Assembly: GCA_001515205.2 (NCBI GenBank)
Contig: LQMQ01000007.1
Span: 6,028-70,027, forward strand
DNA: 64,000 bases
DNA from: Candidatus Hadarchaeum yellowstonense
GTDB lineage: Archaea; Hadarchaeota; Hadarchaeia; Hadarchaeales; Hadarchaeaceae
Reading direction: 5' to 3'
Below, in pieces: positions 1-8,845 of the stretch. Both the position numbers and the translations under genes were made by a program. The number at the start of each line of letters is the position of its first letter. Position 1 is the stretch's first letter. Below the pieces are notes generated by a model. It was not told where the DNA came from, made no database searches, and saw only the letters and a list, made by a program, of their open reading frames with translations.

Positions 1-1027
1 GGATCACCTTTCCCGGAGGCGGCAAACGGGGATCATCTTCAGGGAGAACAGGGATCTGTATGGTGGCGGGGCGGTGGCTTCCCATGAACTCAGTAAAGAT
101 CAAAAAAGCGACCACCAGGCCCACGGCGATGGTGGCGAAAAATTTCAGGTCAACGAAATTGAAACCAATAACCCCAAAAATAGGGGAAAGACCCACGACG
201 CTGATGATGGCCAGAGAGCTGAAGGTGAGAAAGGCCAACGTGGGCATGACGAGGCTGTTCAACCGGTTGGTGAGCTGTTCCTCGGCACCCTCCAAGACCC
301 GCTCCGGTGCCCTGGCAACATCAGCCAGTCTTACCGACTCCTCCTTCGCCCCCGTGGACCTGAGGAGGTCAAAAATGGCCTGCCGGGTGCTGTCGTCTAT
401 TTCTCCCCACTCATTTGCCACCACTGTCAGAAGGTGCCGCACCGTTTCGTAGCGCCTGCGCTCATCAAGCTCCAGCAGTCCCCTCTGGAGATCCTCGGCC
501 AGTTTACCCTGGCTCATATCAGCCGCCTGCACGGTGGCGCCGCGGATATCTGGGCGGTGGTAGAGGGAGAAACTGAGCAACATTATGGTCTCTATCGCCT
601 TGCTCTGAGCGTCGGCTCTGCGCCTGGAAGCAGCTGAAGCCGGGTAGCTCTGAAAGGCCATCATAAAAATACCACCGATTAAAAATCCGGCTATCGGCAG
701 ATACAGGGTGCCGAGCGGGTCGCCGGTGGAGAGAAAGGACCAGAACCAAACCAGGACTGATGCCAAAACCGGCAGGACTAGGGAAAAAATCAGACCGGCA
801 GCCCAATCCTTGGCTTCAATTTTTATCTTGGCCTCCTTCAAATCTCGGAGGGTCTTTTCACTTAACTTTGAATTTTTCGTGAGAGGACCAAGAATCCTTC
901 CCGAAAAGGCACAGAACTTCTCGTAAAATCCTCTCTCCCGTGGTTTAAGAATTCTCTGCAGGGCCTCGCGGACATCGCTTGGAAGGGGAAATCTCTCGGG
1001 GAGAGGTGTCAAGTTTTTCTCAGCCAA
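1..1027 (-). CDS. Polytopic membrane protein, FlaJ/TadC/PilC-like (type II secretion system F-domain family), partner of the upstream ATPase; 3' end runs off the window
   Basis: Not in the supplied ORF track because there is no stop inside the window. My own minus-strand translation is open from about nt 1036 down to nt 1 (about 340 codons). It reads ...DWAAGLIFSLVLPVLASVLVWFWSF..LYLPIAGFLIGGIFMMAF.., then a ~110-aa soluble helical segment (AIETIMLLSFSLYHRPDIRGATVQAADMSQGKLAEDLQRGLLELDERRRYE...), then ..LVMPTLAFLTFSSLAIISVVGLSPIF..FFATIAVGLVVAFLIFTEF. The layout is TM pair, cytoplasmic helical domain, TM pair. The gene sits directly downstream of a secretion ATPase and overlaps its stop. The start is ambiguous: TTG 1027 (GGAGG about 10 nt upstream), TTG 1012 (TTGA overlap) or GTG 1036. 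Confidence 0.5.
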   Translation of the reverse strand, partial: MAEKNLTPLPERFPLPSDVREALQRILKPRERGFYEKFCAFSGRILGPLTKNSKLSEKTLRDLKEAKIKIEAKDWAAGLIFSLVLPVLASVLVWFWSFLSTGDPLGTLYLPIAGFLIGGIFMMAFQSYPASAASRRRADAQSKAIETIMLLSFSLYHRPDIRGATVQAADMSQGKLAEDLQRGLLELDERRRYETVRHLLTVVANEWGEIDDSTRQAIFDLLRSTGAKEESVRLADVARAPERVLEGAEEQLTNRLNSLVMPTLAFLTFSSLAIISVVGLSPIFGVIGFNFVDLKFFATIAVGLVVAFLIFTEFMGSHRPATIQIPVLPEDDPRLPPPGKVI

Positions 1028-3240
1028 GACAGCCACTCCTCCAGAACCTTTGAGTAATTCGGAGCGTTCTGTTTCAGCAGGTAGAAATAGGCGTTGTAGG
1101 CCCGGCTCACGAAGGGCAGCTCCAGATAGCTGGGGTCTCCCGATTTACTCGCCAAAAGCAAAAGTTCCGACTTCATCTTTGCTTCAGTTAAAATTGCTGC
1201 CAGAAAGTCTTCCTCGTCGATCGCCAGCCGCTTGCAAAGCGCAGGTATCAACTGGCTACCGCCCCTTTCCGGAGGCAAGAACGTTACCCTCTTCACCACC
1301 TCCTTCATGTCCAGCTTGGAGAGGTCCCTGGAATCCAACCGCTTTATCAGCTCCCTCGGTCCGCTCAGAAGCTTTGATGACACCAGCCTGTCCTGCCTGC
1401 GATCATCAACAAACATCTCGGAATATCTGGGCTCATCCTTCCATTCCTTGAGCACCTCTGATATCTCAACTATTCTTCTGATCGTTCCTCTTGGAGTGGA
1501 GAACCTCGCCGTGCTGATGATAAAATCAATGTATTTGAAGGTGGCCTGGTGGAGGCCCATGATGTGCACGATGAGGTCGAACATCTCCGTTTTGCTCCGG
1601 GCGTGAAAGCTCGCCACCACCGGCTGCGACCCCTGCCTTGCCGCAGCGCCAAGTGCCGCCCTCACTGCTTCAGCCGCTCGAACTTCGGTGATCAACCAGT
1701 AGCTGGAACCTCCCCTGAGAAAGGCCGTCACCTGCTTCTCGAGCTGCTCGGGATCCGAGACCCGCACGTTGGCCAGCTTGTAGCCGTGAGAGACGAAATC
1801 CTCAATGTGCAGCTCCTCAGTGTCCTGAAAGGCCACTATCCGGTTATGCGGGCCGATCTCGGGAATATAGGTCTCGACCTGAGATGTCTTCGCTGTACCC
1901 ATCTCCCCTATGACAAAGGCGCTCGACCCGATGCGAAGAACATTTCCCAGAAAGGAACTCGCCAGGGGTGTCAGGGTGCCGCGATCTAAAAAGAGCGGCT
2001 GCGTCCATGGCTTGGAACGGCGCTTGCGAACAGCGATATCGACGCTGCGGGTCCAGATGGCAGGGTAACGGCTCAAGAAGAGACGCATTCCCAGCTCAGG
2101 TATCTCCGCGTCCAGCTGGGGTCTAATTTCATCGAAGGAAGTCCCCAACCTTGAGGCCAGCGTCTCACCCAGGCCAAGCAGCGCCGGAGTTGTCCAGTAG
2201 ATCCCCGTTTCCAGCCTTCCCCAGCGCTCGTGTTCCACATATATGGGCTGAATCTCCGGTGGGGCGGCCACAAAAATGTCGGTTATGTAGTCGTCGTGGC
2301 TGAAGGGCTCCAGCAGGCGGTAGGTCAACCAGCTGGCCATCATTTCAGCCAATCTGCGAATGCTGGAGGCGGGGGTTGACTTTTTCTTCTCGCGTAGCAT
2401 GTGGAGCAGTGCATTGTACCACTCCTCAGCAAAGGAGTATGCCCGCGTCGAATAGGCAAATCTGGCGTGCCCGGGCGCCTCTTCGATCTTGACCCGGAAG
2501 GCGGAGTCCAGCAGCTCGAGCTGGTCAGCGGGAAGATTGAACTCCGGCAGGATCAGCTCGTAGAAGGGGACGGGATTGTTGCGCTGCTCATAAATGTTCA
2601 CCTTACCGCGACCTCCGGATAGATCATAGCTGTCAATCAAGCGGGCGTCCTTGGGGGGCGGGTTCCACAACCCCTCAACGAAAAATGGTTTGGACCTAGC
2701 AGCAAAAATTTCATCGTAATTTTTAGAGGACAGTTGTTTAAAGAGGGGGAATTTTTTCAAGGTCGCCTTTATAGCGTCAACTAGCTTGAAGAAATTTTCC
2801 TCGCTGCATTTTTTGCACTCAGGACTGCTTTTTATCCTGGCAAAAACCAAGCTGCTGTCGATGGGGCTGAGGTCATGGGGATTGGCCATGATCTTATCCA
2901 GCGCCTCAAGCACAGCGCTCATACGGGCATCGACGCATTTTCGGCATTTTCCCTCTCCCTCTTTTTCGCCGTAAAGAGAACGATCCAAAGCGAGCTGCTC
3001 GGCCATCGCGATTGTCCTCGCCAGTCTGGAAAGATCGCGCGAGCGATAGGTCCTCACCACGGGGTTTAAGAGAGTGACTTGATCCACCTCGCTCTCGGTG
3101 CGCAGCCGGCTGATCACGCAGTAACGGCACCGGGGCTCGTTAAGCGTTGAGGGGAAGTTGCACCCGTGGCAATCGAATTCAGCCACCTTCAGCGGGCCAG
3201 AATCCTTAATCTCAAGTGTTGGGCATTCCATACCGACCAT
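1009..3240 (-). CDS. Type II/IV secretion-system family ATPase (FlaI/PilB/VirB11-like) with a long Cys-rich N-terminal extension
   Basis: 743-aa ORF. The C-terminal half parallels archaeal FlaI-type ATPases: FVIGEMGTAKTS at the Walker A position, RIVAFQDTEELHI (Asp box), YWLITEVRAAEA (Walker B Glu) and VASFHARS (His box). The N-terminal ~430 aa are extra and carry four CxxC pairs (C24/C27, C38/C41, C99/C102, C142/C145). ATG 3240 lies about 20 nt from a TATA-like element. Confidence 0.8.
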   Translation of the reverse strand: MVGMECPTLEIKDSGPLKVAEFDCHGCNFPSTLNEPRCRYCVISRLRTESEVDQVTLLNPVVRTYRSRDLSRLARTIAMAEQLALDRSLYGEKEGEGKCRKCVDARMSAVLEALDKIMANPHDLSPIDSSLVFARIKSSPECKKCSEENFFKLVDAIKATLKKFPLFKQLSSKNYDEIFAARSKPFFVEGLWNPPPKDARLIDSYDLSGGRGKVNIYEQRNNPVPFYELILPEFNLPADQLELLDSAFRVKIEEAPGHARFAYSTRAYSFAEEWYNALLHMLREKKKSTPASSIRRLAEMMASWLTYRLLEPFSHDDYITDIFVAAPPEIQPIYVEHERWGRLETGIYWTTPALLGLGETLASRLGTSFDEIRPQLDAEIPELGMRLFLSRYPAIWTRSVDIAVRKRRSKPWTQPLFLDRGTLTPLASSFLGNVLRIGSSAFVIGEMGTAKTSQVETYIPEIGPHNRIVAFQDTEELHIEDFVSHGYKLANVRVSDPEQLEKQVTAFLRGGSSYWLITEVRAAEAVRAALGAAARQGSQPVVASFHARSKTEMFDLIVHIMGLHQATFKYIDFIISTARFSTPRGTIRRIVEISEVLKEWKDEPRYSEMFVDDRRQDRLVSSKLLSGPRELIKRLDSRDLSKLDMKEVVKRVTFLPPERGGSQLIPALCKRLAIDEEDFLAAILTEAKMKSELLLLASKSGDPSYLELPFVSRAYNAYFYLLKQNAPNYSKVLEEWLSWLRKT

Positions 3241-3253
3241 AATAATCTTTGGG

Positions 3254-3267
3254 CCTTAAAATAAAGC
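3254..3267. promoter_or_regulatory. Candidate shared (bidirectional) TATA-like element between the secretion ATPase and trm5
   Basis: The sequence CCTTAAAATAAAGC reads as TTTATTTTAAGG on the other strand. It is the only A/T-rich box in the 61-bp divergent intergenic region. It lies 14-27 nt from ATG 3240 (minus) and 35-48 nt from TTG 3302 (plus). Confidence 0.35.
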
Positions 3268-3301
3268 TACAGTTGAAAGGGAGCAGGCCGATCTCTGGCT
3301 T

Positions 3302-4228
3302 TTGACCTCCAAAAAAGAACAGCGGAGCAATCAAACACTAAACCCTTTTTCTGAAGAAATAAATTGTCTTTTGAATCAAATGCCTAACGACCTGCGCACC
3401 AGGCTAAAGGGCTACCTCTCTGACGAGGAACTGAAGCTAATCCGGGCCTTCGACATCGTGGGGGACATCGCCATCGTAAAACTCCCGCCACGGCTCCTGC
3501 CCAAAAAACACCTGATTGGAAAAGCATTGCTGGAGGTACAAAAAAATGTCCGGACGGTGCTTAATCAGATCTCCCCCGTGAAAGGTGACTTTCGCACGCG
3601 GGAGCTGGAGGTGATCGCGGGGGAAGAAAGGACGGAGACCATCCATCGCGAATCCGGTTGCTCCTTCAAGGTCGACTTGAGAAAAGTCTATTTTTCCCCC
3701 CGCTTGGCGGCGGAAAGGCTGCGGGTGGCAAAACAGGTGGAGCCCGGCGAGGTGGTGGTGAACCTGTTTGCAGGAGTTGGCAGCTACTCCATCATCATCG
3801 CCAGACACAGCCAGGCGGCGGTCATCTACTCCATTGACATTAACCCCGCCGCCTTTGAGTACATGCAGACCAACATACGCATCAACAAGGTTGCAGACCG
3901 CGTGGTCCCCATCCTCGGTGATGCCCGGGAGGTCGTGGAAAAAAGACTTGCGGGAAAAGCCGACCGCGTCCTCATGCCCCTCCCCGAACTTTCTCATGAT
4001 TTTTTCGGCGTTGCCCTCAGCGCTCTAAAGCCCACTGGGGGAATAGTGCATTTCTATGACTACGGGGAGGAGCCGGACATCTACGGGCCCTCGCTTGACT
4101 TCGTGAGATCTAATGCCGCGGCGCAGGGGTTGGAGATAAAGCTGCTAGCGGCAAGAAAAATCCGTTCGTACGCGGTGCGATGTTACCACATTGTTCTGGA
4201 CTTAAAAGTAAGCCGGCCTGAAATTTGA
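3302..4228 (+). CDS. trm5: tRNA (guanine37-N1)-methyltransferase Trm5 family
   Basis: 308-aa ORF with FDIVGDIAIVKLP, SGCSFKVDLRKVYFSPRLAAER, the class-I SAM methyltransferase motif VVNLFAGVGSYSI and SIDINP. I used the TTG start from the ORF track. The first ATG is at 3380, so the N-terminus is uncertain. Confidence 0.8.
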   Translation: MTSKKEQRSNQTLNPFSEEINCLLNQMPNDLRTRLKGYLSDEELKLIRAFDIVGDIAIVKLPPRLLPKKHLIGKALLEVQKNVRTVLNQISPVKGDFRTRELEVIAGEERTETIHRESGCSFKVDLRKVYFSPRLAAERLRVAKQVEPGEVVVNLFAGVGSYSIIIARHSQAAVIYSIDINPAAFEYMQTNIRINKVADRVVPILGDAREVVEKRLAGKADRVLMPLPELSHDFFGVALSALKPTGGIVHFYDYGEEPDIYGPSLDFVRSNAAAQGLEIKLLAARKIRSYAVRCYHIVLDLKVSRPEI

Positions 4229-4447
4229 TCATTTTTGCTGCCTTTTGCGGATCCTTCCCGAAGCCAGCCCTCTCAACCAGCGCTTTCTCAGCTTCTCCGC
4301 CAGCTCCCCGTCCTCAACAACAAGCGGGCCACGATACCCACATTCCTCGCAATCATAAACGGACCAGAGCTGGGGCAGCCCCGAGGCCCATCTCAGCCTG
4401 GCCGAGCCGCACCGAGGACAATATCTTTGACTTTCCTGTGATCTCAC
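4229..4447 (-). CDS. Small zinc-ribbon protein
   Basis: 72 aa with CPRC...CEEC cysteine pairs and a basic C-terminal tail. It sits 9 nt downstream of the phosphoesterase gene on the same strand. Confidence 0.5.
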   Translation of the reverse strand: MRSQESQRYCPRCGSARLRWASGLPQLWSVYDCEECGYRGPLVVEDGELAEKLRKRWLRGLASGRIRKRQQK

Positions 4448-4456
4448 TTTTTTACC

Positions 4457-5182
4457 TCAAATCTCCAGCAGGCGGAAGTTGACCCTCGACGCTTCGATTT
4501 CAACCTCAGCCGCATATCCTTTGATCATCGGGCCGGGATTCACGACGAGTGTGCGACCCAGCTGATCCACGCCGCGACCTTCGTGGACATGGGCGCAGAG
4601 AACGAGCAGGGGCTCCTTCTGCTCGATGAACTGGCGAATGCTTTTGCTACCCACGTGGGTTCCCTCCCTGATGCGGTCGACCTTGGTACCGTGGGGCGGG
4701 GCATGGGTCACCAAGATCAGCTTTCCTTCTGTGGTGCAAGAGGCTGCCGCCAGCTCCTCCTGTATTTCCGTCTCGGTAAGCTCAAAGGGGGTATTGAAGG
4801 GGGTAAGGTTGGAGCCGCCCAAGCCCAGAAAGGTAAACTCACCGAACTTTGCACACTTGCCGTGAAGGTTGACGCCCCTTCTGTCCAGAACTTGAAGAAT
4901 CGACTTGGGGTCGCAGTTGCCAGGCACACAAAAACAGGGAATCCCGGCCTCCTTAGCCAGGTCCAGCAGGCTCTCCGCTACCTCGGGTGGGCCGAAATTG
5001 GTCAGGTCCCCGATTAAGACCAGGCAGTCGTAGCCCCGTTGAAGCAGTTTTGCGAGGTTATTTTCAGCCCCGGAGTTGCCGTGAAAGTCCGCTGCTGCCA
5101 GTAACTTCACATAAACACCTAAAGTAAGAAAAGGGCTGCCAAGTATTAAAATCGTTTGCTGAGCCCCGCCAGCGTCGTCCAC
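4457..5182 (-). CDS. Metallophosphoesterase (calcineurin-like phosphoesterase family)
   Basis: 241 aa with motif series AAADFHG, LIGDLTNFG, VPGNCD, LVTHAPPHG and LCAHVHEG. Confidence 0.8.
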   Translation of the reverse strand: MDDAGGAQQTILILGSPFLTLGVYVKLLAAADFHGNSGAENNLAKLLQRGYDCLVLIGDLTNFGPPEVAESLLDLAKEAGIPCFCVPGNCDPKSILQVLDRRGVNLHGKCAKFGEFTFLGLGGSNLTPFNTPFELTETEIQEELAAASCTTEGKLILVTHAPPHGTKVDRIREGTHVGSKSIRQFIEQKEPLLVLCAHVHEGRGVDQLGRTLVVNPGPMIKGYAAEVEIEASRVNFRLLEI

Positions 5183-5197
5183 CTGCTCTCAGCTGCC

Positions 5198-5214
5198 CGA
5201 AAAAACTTATATTG
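5198..5214 (+). promoter_or_regulatory. Candidate BRE/TATA promoter of the acd operon
   Basis: CGAAAAAACTTATATTG is a purine-rich BRE-like stretch followed by CTTATATT. Its centre is about 32 nt upstream of GTG 5242, consistent with a short-leader or leaderless transcript. Confidence 0.45.
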
Positions 5215-5241
5215 TCCGATGACGAATAATTTTGATTTCCG

Positions 5242-5973
5242 GTGATAATCTTGGCGTCCCAAAAACAGAAAATATTGGAAATTTTAAATTTGGCCAAATC
5301 TGAAAACAGACGGGAACTCTCTGAAATCGAATCAAAGCGCCTGCTGGAGGCTTGGGGCATTCCGGTCAACCGCACCGCTCTGGCGAGAGATGTTGAGGAA
5401 GCGGTTAAGATCGCCCGGGAAATTCACTACCCCCTGGTGATAAAGATAGCCTCCCCCGACATCATCCACAAGAGTGATGCAAAGGGAGTCATGGTGGGAA
5501 TAAGCTCGGAGCTGGAGCTGAGGCAGGCTTTCAAAGAAATCATCAAGAACGCCCAAACTTACAAGCCCGACGCCAGAATACTGGGCGTGACAATACAGGA
5601 ATATCTGCCGCCGGCCCGTGAGGTAATCGTGGGGGCGGTGCAGGACCCATCCTTTGGCGCCACCGTCATGTTCGGCCTGGGCGGCATCTGGGTGGAGGTG
5701 CTCAAAGACATAAGCTTCAGGCTTGCCCCCCTTACCATTGAGGAAGCCATGGAGATGATCAAGGAGATCAAGGGCTATCCCGTCCTCGCCGGATTAAGGG
5801 GCACACCGCCAGCGGATATAGAGGCGGTTGCCAGCCTGATCCAGAAAGTTGGACAGCTCGCCCATGAGTTTCCGGAAATAGCGGAAATGGACCTTAACCC
5901 TGTCTTCGTCTACAACTCTGGAAAAGGAGCGGTTGCTGTTGACGCCCGGATAGTTCTTGGAGAGGGCAAGTGA
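5242..5973 (+). CDS. acdB: ADP-forming acetyl/acyl-CoA synthetase, beta subunit (ATP-grasp)
   Basis: 243 aa with YPLVIKIASPDIIHKSDAKGV (the HKSD histidine motif of ACD beta), FGATVMFGLGGIWVEVLKD and MDLNPVFV. The whole length closely parallels archaeal AcdB. Confidence 0.85.
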   Translation: MIILASQKQKILEILNLAKSENRRELSEIESKRLLEAWGIPVNRTALARDVEEAVKIAREIHYPLVIKIASPDIIHKSDAKGVMVGISSELELRQAFKEIIKNAQTYKPDARILGVTIQEYLPPAREVIVGAVQDPSFGATVMFGLGGIWVEVLKDISFRLAPLTIEEAMEMIKEIKGYPVLAGLRGTPPADIEAVASLIQKVGQLAHEFPEIAEMDLNPVFVYNSGKGAVAVDARIVLGEGK

Positions 5974-7280
5974 TGTCAGACGCACTTCAGACCCTCTTCG
6001 AACCCAAATCCATCTCCTTAGTTGGTGCCTCGGAACTCACCGGGGAAGATGCAATCTATTCAACCCATTTTCATTACTTGGTGCAAAACGTTTCCAGCTA
6101 CAGAAAGGGAAAAATCCACCTGGTCGACCTCAGCGGAAAACTTGAGGGAAGCTTCAAAAGCATAAATAACCTCAGGACCGGGTTGGATCTGGCCCTGGTT
6201 TTGCTGCCTGAAAAATTGCTGACCAGAAACCTGCAGAAACTGCTTTCCCGACAACCAAGAGCCATGGTGATAATGGAAAGCGAGCTGCGCGAGGCCGAGG
6301 AGTTGATCAAAGCGGCAAAGAGAAAAAAGATGACAATTATCGGCCCCGGCTCCATTGGGATCGTCAACACCCAAAATGGTTTATCTGCCATCTCGGAAAA
6401 GGCATCGATCTTAAGAGGACATGTGGCCATTGTTTCCCAGGACAGCTGCATTGCCAGAAGCGTTCTAAATTTTGCGGCGGTGACCGGAATCAGCAAGCTG
6501 ATCAACATCGGCGATAGCCTCGGCACCGACGAATCGGAGGTTCTGAGCTATCTTTCCCAGGATAAAGAGACCAAAGTCATCTGCATCTACCTAAAGAGAA
6601 TCAGAAATGGTCGGAAGTTCGTTGAAACAATGGCGGCAACCGTTGCAAAGAAACCGGTGATCGTTCTCAGCAGTTATCCCGACAACAGGGGCATATTCGA
6701 GGCGGCGGTGAAACAGTCGGGGGGAATTCTGGTTCAAGACCTCCAGGAGATGCTAAATGGCGCCACAGCGCTGGCGAAGCAACCGCCCCTCCCCGGTGAA
6801 AGAGTTGCGATCATCGCCAACGTCTCCGGACCGGCGGAACTTTTAGAAAAATATCTTTCCAAGATGGGGATGGCTCCGGCCCAGCCGTCCATGGAAACTC
6901 TGGGAAAAATAAAGGAAAAACACCCTGGGGCTGAACTCTTTGGTTTTGTCCATCTCGGAAGGTCGGCCAAGGGAGACATCTGGAAACAAGCTGCTGAATT
7001 GCTGCTCTCGGATAAAGAAGTTGATGGATTAATTGCGGTGAACTCAATGGGATTCACCCTCTTTAACTTGGAGGATCTCAGGAAGATCACAGAGATCGCC
7101 AAAAAAACGAGGGAAAAGCCGGTTTTGGCGGTCACTCTTTGCGCCAGCGATGGTGCTGCCTTCCGAGAAATTGCGGCAAGATCCGAGTTGCCCATTTACA
7201 CCGATCTTGAAGACGCTGCGAAAGCGATGAATGTCCTAAGGTCTAGGGGCAAACAGATCAGAAAATTCCTGAAGGATTGA
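5970..7280 (+). CDS. ADP-forming acyl-CoA synthetase alpha-like subunit (CoA-binding / succinyl-CoA-ligase-like fold), divergent, without the phosphohistidine loop
   Basis: 436 aa, translationally coupled to acdB (GTGATG overlap). LFEPKSISLVGAS, IIGPGSIGIVN, VAIVSQDSCIA, IYLKRIRNGRKFVE and VAIIANVSGP run in parallel with ACD alpha. The segment corresponding to ...GRSERGAKAAASHTGSLAGSD... is replaced by the short YPDNRG. See finding. Confidence 0.7.
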   Translation: MMSDALQTLFEPKSISLVGASELTGEDAIYSTHFHYLVQNVSSYRKGKIHLVDLSGKLEGSFKSINNLRTGLDLALVLLPEKLLTRNLQKLLSRQPRAMVIMESELREAEELIKAAKRKKMTIIGPGSIGIVNTQNGLSAISEKASILRGHVAIVSQDSCIARSVLNFAAVTGISKLINIGDSLGTDESEVLSYLSQDKETKVICIYLKRIRNGRKFVETMAATVAKKPVIVLSSYPDNRGIFEAAVKQSGGILVQDLQEMLNGATALAKQPPLPGERVAIIANVSGPAELLEKYLSKMGMAPAQPSMETLGKIKEKHPGAELFGFVHLGRSAKGDIWKQAAELLLSDKEVDGLIAVNSMGFTLFNLEDLRKITEIAKKTREKPVLAVTLCASDGAAFREIAARSELPIYTDLEDAAKAMNVLRSRGKQIRKFLKD

Positions 7281-7282
7281 AC

Positions 7283-8620
7283 TTATCTCGGTAGGAACTG
7301 GCCGAAGCCCGGAGCCACGGTTATTTTTCCCCCTTCAGCAATCACTTTTCCTCTCAGTAGGGTCATCACGGGCAAACCCCTGACCCTCATGCCCTCATAG
7401 GGCGTCCAGCCCACCTTATAGTGCAGACGATCGGCTGATATCTTCATCTCCTCGTTAAGATCCAGAATCGTCAGATCTGCATCAGAACCCTCCTGAATGA
7501 CTCCCTTGCGAGGGTAAAGTCCGAACAGCACCGCAGGCTTGGTGCACATGGAATTGACCAGCTGCTCAAGCGATAACCTGCCCTTGACAACTCCCTCGCT
7601 GAGCATTATGGGCAAGAAAGTTTCCACCCCGGGAACCCCTGAAGGCGCCTGCCAAATATCAGTCCATCCTATCTCTTTCTCCTCCTTGGTGGCGGGGGCG
7701 TGGTCCGTCGAAACGATATCGATCGCTCCATTTTTGAGGGCCTCCCAAAGAGCGGCGCGATCACTGGGTGACTTGAGCGAGGGATTCACCTTTAGATAGG
7801 GGCCGAGCCTCTCAATGTCCTCGCGGGTGAAGACCAAAAAATGGGGGCAGGTCTCAGCGCTTACATGGCTCCCCTTTTCCTTTGCCTTCTCCACAGCCTC
7901 GCAGCCTTGGCGCGTGGTAACGTGGGCTATGTGTGTTCGACATTCCGTCCTCGCTGCGGATTTCAGCACCTTTTTTATTGCCTCTTCCTCCGCCTCGTTG
8001 CTGCGTGATTCCGCGTGGGCCATCGGATCCTTCCTCCTTTTTAGAGCCTTGATGCCCTTGCTGAGAACCTTCTGATCCTCGGCATGCACAAAGGTGACCC
8101 CGCCAATGGCTTTCACATAGCACATCAGCTCTTCAATTGCATCGTAGGACATCTGATAGGGATCACAGGTAAAAGCCTTGAATGATTTTATGCCGAAGCA
8201 GTTGATCTCCGGAACTTTTTTTATCGTCTCAGCGCTCATGTTTCCGGCGTGTAAGGCGAAGTCAACGATGCTGTTTTTGCAGCCAAGGTCAATAACTTCT
8301 TCGATGCAGGGCCCGGACACGATAGGGGTGTCCCAAGGCATGACGATGACAGTAGTCACACCTCCTGCAGCGGCTGCGGAGCTGCCGCTGGCGAAGTCCT
8401 CGCGGTTAGGAAACTTTCGATCATATAAATGAACGTGGACATCAACCACCCCCGGGATTATTATCCTGCCCTTGGCATCTATTTCTTGGTCTCCCTTGGG
8501 AAGGCCGCTAACGGCGATTCTGCAGATGCGACCGTCCTCTATGGAAATCTCCCCGGTTATCATGCCCTCGGGAAGGACTATTCTTCCGTTACGCACGACA
8601 AGGTCGACCAAAAAAATCAC
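7283..8620 (-). CDS. Cyclic amidohydrolase (allantoinase / hydantoinase / dihydropyrimidinase family; dihydroorotase not excluded)
   Basis: 445 aa. Metal-ligand series PGVVDVHVHL (HxH), GIKSFKAFT (carboxylated-Lys position), VTFVHAEDQ, THIAHVTT and IVSTDHAP. Also GGVTTVIVMP. Confidence 0.8.
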   Translation of the reverse strand: MIFLVDLVVRNGRIVLPEGMITGEISIEDGRICRIAVSGLPKGDQEIDAKGRIIIPGVVDVHVHLYDRKFPNREDFASGSSAAAAGGVTTVIVMPWDTPIVSGPCIEEVIDLGCKNSIVDFALHAGNMSAETIKKVPEINCFGIKSFKAFTCDPYQMSYDAIEELMCYVKAIGGVTFVHAEDQKVLSKGIKALKRRKDPMAHAESRSNEAEEEAIKKVLKSAARTECRTHIAHVTTRQGCEAVEKAKEKGSHVSAETCPHFLVFTREDIERLGPYLKVNPSLKSPSDRAALWEALKNGAIDIVSTDHAPATKEEKEIGWTDIWQAPSGVPGVETFLPIMLSEGVVKGRLSLEQLVNSMCTKPAVLFGLYPRKGVIQEGSDADLTILDLNEEMKISADRLHYKVGWTPYEGMRVRGLPVMTLLRGKVIAEGGKITVAPGFGQFLPR

Positions 8621-8632
8621 CGGATAACCAAT

Positions 8633-8845
8633 TCATTTGGATATGGCTGAAACTGCCGCCTTTATATCTTCTTTGCTCAAGGTTTTGGCTCCTCGATGCT
8701 CGGTGAGTTTAAGGGCCTCTGTGGCCACCCTCACGGCATAATCTTCAAGCACGATGCTCAACTCTAGAGCGGCATCCCGGGAGACGCGAACCTTGGCAGC
8801 CTTCTTTATCAGCCTGGCCATGGTGGCTATCAAAAATTCCGTCAT
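8633..8845 (-). CDS. Archaeal histone (HMf-type histone fold)
   Basis: MTEFLIATMARLIKKAAKVRVSRDAALELSIVLEDYAVRVATEALKLTEHRGAKTLSKEDIKAAVSAISK parallels HMfA/B (ELPIAPxxRIIK...VSxDA...LxxHAGRKTIxxEDI). I trimmed the start from the track ORF (8899) to the ATG at 8845. Confidence 0.85.
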   Translation of the reverse strand: MTEFLIATMARLIKKAAKVRVSRDAALELSIVLEDYAVRVATEALKLTEHRGAKTLSKEDIKAAVSAISK

